A DNA stretch of 64,000 nucleotides from positions 2,356,001 through 2,420,000 of the forward strand of contig CP089280.1 of assembly GCA_023920165.1 (NCBI GenBank), written 5' to 3'. Within the stretch, counting starts at the first letter, position 1. The number at the start of each line of letters is the position of its first letter. Source of the stretch: Curvularia clavata. Taxonomy: Eukaryota. Made by a program: the position numbers and the translations under genes. Shown in pieces: positions 12,101 through 21,945 of the stretch. The notes under the pieces were generated by a model. That model was not told where the DNA came from. It ran no database searches and was given only the letters and a program-made list of their open reading frames with translations.

Positions 12101-13478
12101 CTTATTCAGGTACACTTCGGGGTCGCCTCCTTTACTACCAACATACCGACACACAGTGGCAGCGTAGATGAACAACGGCACAGCTAACTCAACTAGCGCT
12201 ATGATATGCTGTTGAGCTGGCCAGTCTGAGGCTAGCATGCGTTCTTTTCGTATTATACTAAGCTTATGCTCTAGGAACAGACGGATGTCATGCTCGATCG
12301 TGCTCCTTGGTACTTCGTGGAGCACTAGGTCTTGGTACGTGCCGTTTGGCATCTCCTTGAAGCCTAGGCGGATGTGGAGCTCTGGCCGACTGGTGACCAC
12401 GATCCGTAGCGGCACTGGGCGAATGTCCTTCGTCTGAGCGAGCAGCCGAAGGATCGCTCGAACGTCTGCTTCTCGTTCACATTCGTCTAGCGCGTCGATC
12501 ACGACAACTCGCACCAAGGCCCGCGAGTGAGTCTGCTTTATCCCCAAAAGTGGCTGTAGAATAAGCTTCTCGAACTGGTCTTTTAGAGCTTTGTGTGAGA
12601 TAGCCGGGTCCTCGTCGAGCGTCTTCTTAATACCGGGCAGCATCCCTGGCTCGCAGGCGACTAGGTCCGTGGCGATGGTAGCAAAGAACCGTGACGCGTT
12701 GCCACGCTCGCCCTCACCTTTCTTGAAGAAGAAGCTTGCTCCTAGCTGGCCGCGCCTGGCAAATGATTCGGCAATAGTCCGCGCAATTGTGGACTTTCCT
12801 GTGCCAGCCATGCCGCTAAGCCAGAATATAGACTTGCTATCCTTATCTTGTGCCCATTTTGCGATGTCATGCAGCAGTGCGGTGCGGGTGTTTGGTAGGC
12901 ATCGCGCGTTGTGTTCCTCCGTGTGTGAGTCGTAAGACGCTCCTTGGGCGATAGGTAGTTTAGCTAGGTCTAGTTTCTGGTCTATGCTGAACACAACAGC
13001 CCTGTATAGCTAGTAAGATGCTGTTTCTGCGCACAACGGATCTATGTACGGAAGCTTACGTCTGATCAACCTGTAGCGCTAAGCTAAAGGCCTGTTCGTA
13101 TCCTTCCAAGCTCGAGATAATCTTGTCCACCTGCTTGCTCGTAAACGGCCATTTAAGCGCACGTAAACTGAACCGGCTCATAGTCTTGCGGGCCTTTCCC
13201 GGTTCTAGCTTCATGTCTAGGGTTTCCAGCTTGTTCAGGCATTGTTCGACCGAGTCCAGCAGCCCTTGGGTGGCAGAGAGCCGCGTCTTGTCCTGGCTGT
13301 CGAGAAGCTGCTTCATCTTCTTCAGCACGTGGTTGATGTCGCTAACTTTTCTCTTCACACGCTCGATATCGCCCTTCGCGTCCTTTACGGCCATAGAGTA
13401 CTGGACGCATAGCGACGCAATCTTGGCGGATATGTCGATTACTGCGATGACGCTTGCTGCGCCCGAAAGGCCATCCAT
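9193..13478 (-). CDS. Fungal NLR (STAND) protein: HeLo-like/Helo_like_N-type N-terminal domain + NACHT + WD40 repeats (NWD-type), ~1391 aa
   Basis: Exons 13478-13060, 13001-11420 and 11367-9193; GT..AG introns of 58 and 52 nt give one 4176-nt frame. N-terminus MDGLSGAASVIAVIDISAKIASLC...ALKWPF; Walker A WLSGMAGTGKST; Walker B VVVIDALDEC; LHLSFREFL; HLLHWLEAMSL; then the WD array. Confidence 0.92.
9440..11160 (-). repeat. Tandem 126-bp (42-aa) WD40 repeat array with high internal identity
   Basis: Unit CRSTLEGHSxxVxAVAFSPDGQLVASASxDKTVRLWEAATGT; 11 full units, one fused half-pair, one degenerate 33-aa unit and a terminal partial unit. Confidence 0.95.
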
Positions 13479-13980
13479 AACGTGAGGTCTGCGACGGAGA
13501 TAAAGTAAACTAGTCGATCGCGCCTTGTGCGGTTGTAGGCTGATGGAGTAGCGAGAATGCTGTCGGGCTGAGAGCAGTACTGCAATCCATCGTTCGCTGC
13601 ACAAGGCTGAGAGGGCTGGCACAGCTAAGCACTGTCACATCGCAGGCTGCATGGGGTCGGAAAGGCTTCGGAACCACGATTCGCCAGAGCCCGCTTGCCT
13701 ACTCTTACTGCGCACTTGAGAGGCGAGTGGAATACTACACAAACATCATCCTATCTGATGGCCTGCACCATAGTGCCATCGTTTGAGCACTTCTACAGTT
13801 TGTTAGGTTAGGTATAGTATTGAAGCGCCATTCGAAGCTACATCGCGCGCTTGCTATTTTTAGAACAAGTTCCGCTCGTCCTCTGCCGCATGTCATCAGT
13901 GTGACAGGACGCGCTTTGGTTACGTCGAGGCTGCTCGTTACCACCCCTTTGCTGGTATAACTAGCAACACACTCGCGGCT

Positions 13981-15651
13981 ATGGATCCAGCTAGTCAAGC
14001 ACTGGCTGAAGCCTTCTCTTCCGGCCAGCGTGAGACATATCGTACTATGGCGGAGAAGAGCAATGTCCCTCGCTCTACCCTTCATCGTCGTAGGCACGGA
14101 GGAACGTCGAAAGAAGCAAAAGCTCAGCGCCAGCAATACCTAACTATCGAGGAAGAGAAAGCACTTGCTTTATTCTTGCTACTAATGTCTAGTTTTGGGC
14201 AACCGGTTCGGATCAAGTACGTACCTACGCTAGCCTTCAGCATCGCACGCCGGCGGTCCACGACGACCAACAAGCCGATCAAGTCTCCAGGCAAGAACTA
14301 GGCTCGCGCCTTCGAGAAACGCCACCCTGAACTCAAAGCGAGACGAGTCAAGTCAATAGACTGGAAGCGCCATGAGAACAACATATACGATAAGACTGTA
14401 GAGTGGTTTCAGATAATTGGCAAGGTGCTGCAGGATGCAGCGGTACTGCCAGAGAATATGTACAACATAGACGAGACAGGGGTTATGCTAAGCAAGCTTG
14501 GCTCTGTCAAAGTCCTGGTAGATAAGGACGATAGACGCGACTATAGAGGTGCTGGCATGAAGCGGACGATGGTGACTGCTGTCGAGTGCATAAGCGCTGA
14601 CGGTAGGGCGCTGCTACCTCTCATCATCTGGCCAGCCTCAACGCACCGAAGTAACTGGACTACGTATCCCACACCTGGATGGCACTATGGGTTCTCTGAG
14701 AGCGGTTACAATAACTCTAAGATTAGCTTGGAGTGGCTTATGCGTGCTTTTGATTCCCAAACTAGAGACCTAGCTAACAGTAAACCGCGGGTGCTGATCT
14801 GCGACGGCTTCGGCACTCACGAAACGCTAGAAATTCTTGAATTTTGCCTTAGTAACAACATTATACTATGCCGTCTCCCCTCTCACACCTCCCATAAGCT
14901 GCAGCCCTGCGATATTGGAGTATTCGCGCCCTTGAAGACAGCCTATCGCGACCAGGTCGAGCGGCTAAACAGAGGAGGTATAGATACAGTTAGTAAGGAG
15001 CACTTCACCTCGCTATACGACCCTGCAAGGACCAAGGCTTTCACGAGGCGGAATATCAAGGCCGCCTGGGCCGCAAGTGGCTTGCTGCCTTTTAACCCAG
15101 AAAGGGTACTCCAAGACATACCAAGGCCACCTGCAGAGCTCACGGTTTCTATAGCTAGTAAGGATATGCCATCTGATCCTAGGGACGAAATACCTGTAAC
15201 ACCTGTAACGCCAGTAAACACAGAAGGCCTAGTGTCGCTTCATAACCTAATTAAACAGGACATATCTACGCTTGACGAACCAAGCAAACAGCGCCTACAG
15301 AGACGAGTACAGAAGCTAGCGAGCGCGGCTCACATCTCATTCGCCCAACAAGGTCTCCTGCAGGACCACAACCGACTATTAGCTAAGATTAACGGAGAGG
15401 CTAAGGTCCGCCGAGCGACTCGATCAGTTGTGCTAGGGAAGGCGAAGGTGATGAGCTATGAGGATCTGGAGGAGGCACGGGCAAAGCGTACTGCCAAAGA
15501 AAAGGCTATGGCGGAAAGAGGTAAAGCGAAGCGTGGTCGTAAGCGTGAGGTTGCCCAGAAGGATTTAGCTGAACTAGAGCTAATCACTCAAGCTGCAAGG
15601 ACGAGCGAAGTTGCAAGGCCATGGAGGGCGCCCGTGGCGCGGATGTATTAA
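13981..15651 (+). pseudogene. pogo/Fot1-type DDE_1 transposase interrupted by one in-frame stop
   Basis: ORFs 13981-14301 and 14425-15651 share a frame (556 codons read through). HTH-like N-terminus (NVPRSTLHRR); PGKN*ARAFEKRHPEL where W is expected; catalytic NIDETG, ICDGFGTH and LQPCDIGVF, with 35 residues between the last two Asp. Confidence 0.92.
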
Positions 15652-16247
15652 TGTTAGATCAGTGCCAAAGCACGTAGTAGTGCTTAAAACACTAGTAGTC
15701 TCTTATACTAGTTAGGCTAACTTTACAATAATTATAAACATAGAGAAGCAGCTCTTATTTCGCCTAGCCCTGTTAGTAGTTGCTTCGAGTATTTTTTTAA
15801 CACCAGAGTTTGGATTATTTGAGTATCTGCCAAAGAGACGAGGCTGTGCACAGCCACAAGGTCTTTAGCCACAGTTGATAAATTACACTAGAGCTAATTA
15901 CGTAAGGCATGTAGGATCGCTTATCGCTAGCCGAAGTAGCGATCCGCGTGGCGACCCTGTATAGCTTTGGGCAATACAGCAGGCGCGAAGCTGATGATGG
16001 CTTGCCACGTTAATATGAGGCTCTTAGGGCTGGAAACTAATATTCTTTATATACGATAGGTAGTAAAAACCTCTAAGCAGTGCTATAGCAGAGTGACGCT
16101 ATTATTCACATGGGAAAGGCTGTTTGTAACATTTACAAAAAGAGCATTAACAGCTACGTAATTTTTAGTTAGGAGGATCGGGATAGATCTACTAATAGCT
16201 ATACACCATAGCCAATTTGAATATATAGCGAATATTAGAACGTGCAA

Positions 16248-16326
16248 AGAAAGCGAAGTGTCGAAAGTCAAAGTATCCCTCATTTGTCCCAGCACGGCGG
16301 GTGTCCCAGCACTCAGGGATGGACGT
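16248..16326 (-). repeat. Right terminal inverted repeat
   Basis: Ends ...GTGTCCCAGCACTCAGGGATGGACGT followed by TA; the reverse complement begins ACGTCC. Confidence 0.95.
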
Positions 16327-17026
16327 TACTTATTTGGCAGTAGAAGAAGATGTGCCCCCGCATTTGAAACGATCTTAATGATCATGAACCTCAACTCTTC
16401 CACTCGAACGATCGTTGTTGGCCAGTAAGTAGCCCTCGGTCTTCGAGCGTTGTGAAAGCCTTACAATTCTATGGAAAGTGCGCCCAAGTGCCAGATCAAA
16501 GAGTAGCTGCGGAGGTGTCATGAGAAGAAGACTCAAACCCATGTCTTAGCAAATTGGGCACGAGAAGTGAGCGCAACATGGAACCCAGAGGTTTGGTTTG
16601 TACAATATTCCTTTTTTCTTAATGCAAGGGCAGCATCGGGTCAGCAGGAATAGCTCAATTTGTGTTCTGGCTTCTAGTAAGCAGTGCATATTCAGAGGTC
16701 CGACGCTAGCGTTTGCCACTGTTCAGCACCCCTACCTACTGCGCCATCGCTATCCTTTTTTCCCATTCCGTCATCCCTCATGTTTTGAGCAACGAGTTTG
16801 ATGAAGCTTATCAAGGTTGTTCACCGATATATACATCTACGCTTCAGCTATGACATTGTACAATAATCAACTTCACAATTGGCCGTGTGGGGATCCGGGA
16901 AGCGGGGAAGACTTTGGTTCACTACCAGCGGCAAAGCAATCGTATATGATGCCGCGCAGAGATGGATACTATTAGACCTAATTTATTTCCTGTACTCCCA
17001 TCTATCAAGGAAGAAATCAATCCAAC

Positions 17027-18140
17027 ATGTCGCAAACCAGCACCACCAACGTGGATATCGAGAGTATACCTGCCGCGATGAGAGCGTGGCAATGGTCAAC
17101 CTGTAGTACGACACTCGAGGAAGCCATATATATCAACGACTCAGCACCTTTGCCAACCGCCCGACGTCCATTATTACCTGGAGAGTCGCTGATACAGGTC
17201 TACGCTGCTGCCTTGAACCAAGTAGATTACAAATTTGCGGAGCTTCCAATTGCTGGCCGCATGGCAATTCCAAAGCCCGCAACACCCGGACTAGATTTTG
17301 CTGGAAAAGTCGTGCAGACAGGGCCGGATTGTAACATCAAGGTTGGCCAAATGGTTTTCGGCAAGGTGGAACCTAAGCAACAATTTGGTACGTTGGGAGA
17401 GTACATTATTGGTTCAAGGGCTGGTACTGTTCCAATCCCTGAGGGAGTATCCGTGGAGCAGGCAGCGACGCTAGGCGTGTGTGGCCTCGTCACATATCAG
17501 TCCATCGCACGAAATGTGAAATCGGGTGATCGTATCCTTATCAATGGTGGATCTGGTGGAACCGGTACTTTTGCTATTCAGATCGCCAAAGCATTGGGTT
17601 GCCATGTCACGACAACTTGTTCTGGTACGCATGCCACACTTCCCATCACATTGAGAATCCTAACTTTGCGCAGGTGCCAACATCCAGCTCTGTAAGAACC
17701 TTGGGGCTGATGAGGTGATTGACTACCGTAAGGATGATGTCCCTTCGCTCTTAGCAAATGGCTCACAGCAATACGACATGATCCTCGACAATGTCGGACA
17801 CCCATTCGAGCTTTACTGGAAGTCTCCATCGTTTACCAAACCTGGCGCAAAGTACGTGCAAATAGGATCACAAGTCAGCCTGTCATTCATCTACGACCTC
17901 GCATTCCGCTTCCTAGTTCCAACCTGGCTCGGTGGTGGGCAACGGCCGTTTTCATTTGGTTTCGCGTTAACGAATTTCGACGACTTTACTGCGTTAGGGA
18001 AGTTGGTGGCTAGCGGAAAGGTTTCGCCCTGCATAGACACTGTCTATGAATTCGAGGATGTTCCGACAGCATATGCAAGGCTGAGAACAGGCCGGGCCAA
18101 GGGGAAAATGGTGGTGAGCATGAAGAGTGAAGAGAAATAA
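17027..18140 (+). CDS. NAD(P)-dependent MDR-superfamily oxidoreductase (quinone reductase/RTN4IP1-like)
   Basis: Exons 17027-17624 and 17674-18140 join in frame (TTCSG|ANIQLCKNLGADEVIDY). AALNQVDYK, TPGLDFAG, nucleotide-binding INGGSGGTG and C-terminal GRAKGKMVV. Confidence 0.9.
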
Positions 18141-18353
18141 TGATCGTAGAAAATATATCCAGTGGATAAGGAAACATGGTAATATGACTAAAACATCACA
18201 GTATGTGTAAATCAGCGTTGGTGTTGGAGTGTGGGAAATGGACGTGATCATGTTTTACACTCGAATGTGTAATGCAAAGAACGGAAACGAATCAATGCCT
18301 CATATTACCGCCTAAACGCTGCTCTCGATCCTCAAGTAACGAAGATTGTTCAT

Positions 18354-19440
18354 CTAGGTAGTAGAAACAAACACGACTAGTACGGTCAAGTAGCTAGATC
18401 TGAATTAGAATGTGATGGTGGGTAGGGGTTTTACTTACGTTGCACCAGCTAAAGCAGATTCCGAATACTTCAAAGTTGAGACGCAAGAAAGTACCAGCAA
18501 AAAGAAGATGAGGGACAATACTATGATAAGCATTTTGATCCGCCGGCTATCAATGACACTACACAACACCATGGGAACAGATAATAGAAGAATGGTGGCG
18601 AACAACACCAGCGTTCGGGTGATTCTCCTAATGAGGGAATCGCGAAACATGAAGATGTTCGGATCATTGGTAACGTTGCGGTCGCAGATCTTTTAGGAAT
18701 TATCAGCGCAGTATAAAGAGCCATCGGTCCCAATGACTAACCTTTTGGGAAGATCTACCTATTTTGGTCAGTATATTCTCCAACCAAGCGTCAAGCCGGG
18801 TAGCAGCGTGATCTGGTGGCGACGAAATCGCAGAGAGGTCGTGCACATGAGTGAGATAATCAGTCTCTTCTACGTCAATGCATGGATTCCCACTTGTCCA
18901 GTTTTGCAGGCTTTGCACATCCCGGGATCTAGCTGCATCCAAATCGAGTATCTGACGGGTCCGTTGGACAAATTCATCTGTGGTCCGTTTTAGAAGAGCA
19001 CAAGTGACGCTCAGAAGGAACCCATCATACCGTATTCCGCAAGACTGGTGTCAATTTCGGCAATGCATAGCCTTCTCTGCTCATTTGCATCATCGCGTGA
19101 GCTTCCAAGATACAAAGCTGCGCACTCATCCTTATCTATTTTGTCGAGTTGCTTCTCAAGCATCGATAGTCGATCTTGCTTAAGCAGCAGTAATCGAACA
19201 CGCAAGCGCGCAAATCGCCGGCAGACTTGAAGCGATTTGTGCGATGCTAGTAGCGCAGCAAAGCGAGGATAGCCTAATCGGTACTCTTCAACTACGCTCT
19301 GTTAATCCGTAGGTAGCCTCATGTAGAGTACTGGACTGGAACTTGCTTGCTTGAGATTTCTCCTCTAATCTGTTCTTATTGGCCTCCGGAGAGGTGCACC
19401 AATCACGGAAGCTTCGAAAAGATGTTTTTAGGCGCTGCAT
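18354..19440 (-). CDS. DUF6594-like membrane protein (multi-exon)
   Basis: Exon pieces EEYRLGYPRFAALLASH...RRFARLRVRLLLLKQDRLSMLEKQLDKID, LAEY|DEFVQR...VQSLQNW, and a hydrophobic C-terminus ending AGATYLTVLVVFVSTT*. Family assigned from remembered motif pattern; start codon tentative. Confidence 0.72.
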
Positions 19441-19976
19441 CTTCAATTATGTAATGCTACCGTCTTTGACGGCTATCAGTCGCATAGCCACTTTGCTGAG
19501 TGATTCGCCTTTATACCTTTCTGTAAGTGACATTAAGAAGAATAGACTCCATCATCATCGCTTACCGTAACACGACGTTGGCTCGTTATCTTTGCTGTGC
19601 CATGGCTTTTGATAGCGCATGATGCGTCGGTCGCCTGATTGCTCGCAGCTCACCGGAAAGCCACAGGCAACTGCTCTGGTAGACACTCTTCGTGGCTGTA
19701 TTATTGTCTCAGATCCGGTCAAGACAAGGTGCAGAGTGGCTTAAGCCTCATTGGCTGCAACTGCCAATGCACAGCCTCTCAAGCATGCACGATACGTGAC
19801 TCTCCGCCATTGGCCATATTTCGAAGTGTGTGTTTCTGTTATAAGGACTACAGGCTCATTTGATACTATGGAAACACATGCAAAGCTCGCACTGCACTGT
19901 AAAAATCGTGGCCAAGCGCCTTGTATAGTTTTGAGTAAGAAATAACGCCAGAGACATTAGAGATCCTGAAGAAATC

Positions 19977-20384
19977 ATGCCACAACAACCTCGACGGCAC
20001 GTCTGCATTGAACCCGAGACAATTTGCAAAGAGCTGACATGTTGAAATCCAGACCTCCTAATGACTTTGAGCAGCAACATGTGATAGGTCAAACTACGAC
20101 AAGATTTTGGGATGGTGCTTACAAAGACCAACCCTATGCTCTTATAAAAGAGTACCCAAAAGTAAGGCCATCCCAAAACCAGATTTCGGTATAGTGCTCA
20201 CGAACAGAAACACAAATATCAGCAGGGTGATATAGTGAAATGGTTCGTAAACGGTGTTCTGCAGGGAATATACAAGATCAAAACTATTTGTGGTGAGGAA
20301 GAATATACGCTTTCAACTCCGGATGGCCAAGTCGCAAACAATGGTGTAGCTGTAGCAGGAAAAGATCTACAACCGGTGGTTTAA
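19977..20384 (+). CDS. Small (~100 aa) spliced hypothetical protein absent from the ORF track
   Basis: Exons 19977-19996, 20053-20161 and 20208-20384 (intron 2 GTAAGG..CTCAC..CAG; intron 1 GCACGT..GCTGAC..CAG, or an alternative ATG at 20039). Product MPQQPRRPPNDFEQQHVIGQTTTRFWDGAYKDQPYALIKEYPKKHKYQQGDIVKWFVNGVLQGIYKIKTICGEEEYTLSTPDGQVANNGVAVAGKDLQPVV*. Confidence 0.65.
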
Positions 20385-20607
20385 AGGTGTTCTGTGTTTG
20401 CTAGATGAACCTCTGCTATCCTTATCACGTACCTAGACTAGAGCTTTCTCGCGTAGTAGTGTTCGTATAGTAAAGCTTACTGTTGCCTAGTCAATTCACA
20501 GACATAGTAAACCCATCTAGCCTTTCAATTCACAAAACCTTACACATTCCAAAGTAGAACACTTTCCTCTCCTCACTAACGACAAAAACCCTCATAGCAC
20601 AACCAAC

Positions 20608-21555
20608 TCAACCCCCTCTCCTCACCACCATACCCACCCACACCTTCACACCAACCCACTTCCTCCCCCTCTTCCCCACCCTCGCTTTCTCTCCCTCTAC
20701 ATCCCCCTCCTTAACATCCCTCTCTCTCACCTGCAGGACCTCCAACCCCGCCTTCCCCGCCGCTCCCACCATCTCCTGAACCGTATGCACAAAACTTTCA
20801 CCCCTAACCTTAACCCCCTTCTCATCCACAAACCCCGCCTGACTTCCCGTTCCCCCCATCTCCTCATGCATATTCGTCACCAGCGCCATTCCCCTCGGTC
20901 GCAGGAGTCCCGCCAGCGAAGTGAAGAAGGTGTCGAGAGGAACGTGTTCGAGGACAAGCGTAGATACAATGGCATGGGCGGGGACGGGGGATGTATCTCG
21001 TACTGTGTCAGGAGTGAGAGAAGAAGAAGAGGAAGAGGCGGAAGGGGAGAAGACGTCGTAGCAGTCTAGGGACCAAGTTTTCCCAGCGACTAGAGCGGGA
21101 GGTAGAGAGGAAAGTTTAGTGCGTGCGATGTCGAGCATGGGCTGTGAGAAGTCGAGGCCGTGGATGTGGATGGTGGGGGGTGAGGAGGGGGGGAAAGGGT
21201 GAGAAAGGAGTTTGAGGGTGTTGCGGCCGGTGCCGCAGCCGAGGTCGAGGATACGGAGGGCTGAGTCGTTGTCGATAGATGTTTTGTTGGTGTTGACGAC
21301 TTGAGTCAGAAAGTTTGGGAGTAGAGTCTCAAGCTCAATGTCGTCAATGGCTTGTAGCATGTTGCCGTCTGAGTCGTAGACCGAGGCCCATTGATTGTAT
21401 GCGTCTTGCGTGGCTACATGGTGGATCGGTGTTGAGGACTTGGGTGGGATATACTTTGTTTGGTCCGACTCAATGGTTGAAAACGAGGCGTTGATGTCCT
21501 TGACATCGACGAGCGACGTGTCGAAGGTCATGTCGACGGATGTTGGTTGTGTCAT
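20608..21555 (-). CDS. Class I SAM-dependent methyltransferase
   Basis: 315-aa ORF; motif I RILDLGCGTGRN, GLDFSQPML, STLVLEHV, LLRPRG. Confidence 0.88.
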   Translation of the reverse strand: MTQPTSVDMTFDTSLVDVKDINASFSTIESDQTKYIPPKSSTPIHHVATQDAYNQWASVYDSDGNMLQAIDDIELETLLPNFLTQVVNTNKTSIDNDSALRILDLGCGTGRNTLKLLSHPFPPSSPPTIHIHGLDFSQPMLDIARTKLSSLPPALVAGKTWSLDCYDVFSPSASSSSSSLTPDTVRDTSPVPAHAIVSTLVLEHVPLDTFFTSLAGLLRPRGMALVTNMHEEMGGTGSQAGFVDEKGVKVRGESFVHTVQEMVGAAGKAGLEVLQVRERDVKEGDVEGEKARVGKRGRKWVGVKVWVGMVVRRGG

Positions 21556-21945
21556 GTTCGTCTTGATTTGCGGCTGGAGAGAAGAAGAAACTTGAGTGGA
21601 TGTCGTCGCCGTGTCAGACGGGTGCCTGACACCGTCTATATAACAATTACCCCATGGGCCAATGACTATTCTTCACGCCCTGGCCGCGCCCAGCTTGTAT
21701 TCAGAATTGCCTAATCGGGCAATATGTCGTGCAGGCTCCCGTAGCGTGACTCACATAGTCGCCCGTGGACTATGTTCTGGTTCGCGCTAGACAACACCGA
21801 CCCTGTTCGTCTTCTGCCGAATCACAAGCCATCTTCTTAAGACTGGAGAGAGAGCTCATCCCACACACACATATGCTAATAGTATCGTCATGACGTTCAT
21901 GTCTTATTGTTAGTATTACAAGTCATAATTGTACAATTCCCAGTT

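Larger units (their letters stand above)
8527..16326. mobile_element. 7,800-bp pogo/Fot1-like (Tc1/mariner superfamily) DNA transposon carrying an NLR gene
   Basis: 79-bp terminal inverted repeats (73/79 identical by manual alignment), TA on both flanks (8525-8526, 16327-16328), internal DD35D transposase and a NACHT-WD40 gene. Confidence 0.93.

Noticed and set aside
12900..13100. Amyloid signalling motif (HET-s/PP/sigma-like) in or beside the NLR
   Set aside because: No G/N/Q-rich pseudo-repeat is visible; the N-terminal domain joins the NACHT directly.
13479..13622. ORF-track N-terminal extension of NLR exon 1
   Set aside because: Non-ATG start; the family-like sequence begins at ATG 13478.
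13735..14136. 133-aa minus-strand ORF
   Set aside because: Partly antisense to the transposase, no recognisable motif.
8527..16326. Starship element
   Set aside because: No tyrosine-recombinase captain gene; the boundaries are long TIRs with TA duplication and a DDD transposase.
17027..21555. Secondary-metabolite cluster (oxidoreductase + methyltransferase)
   Set aside because: No PKS, NRPS or terpene synthase backbone gene in the window.
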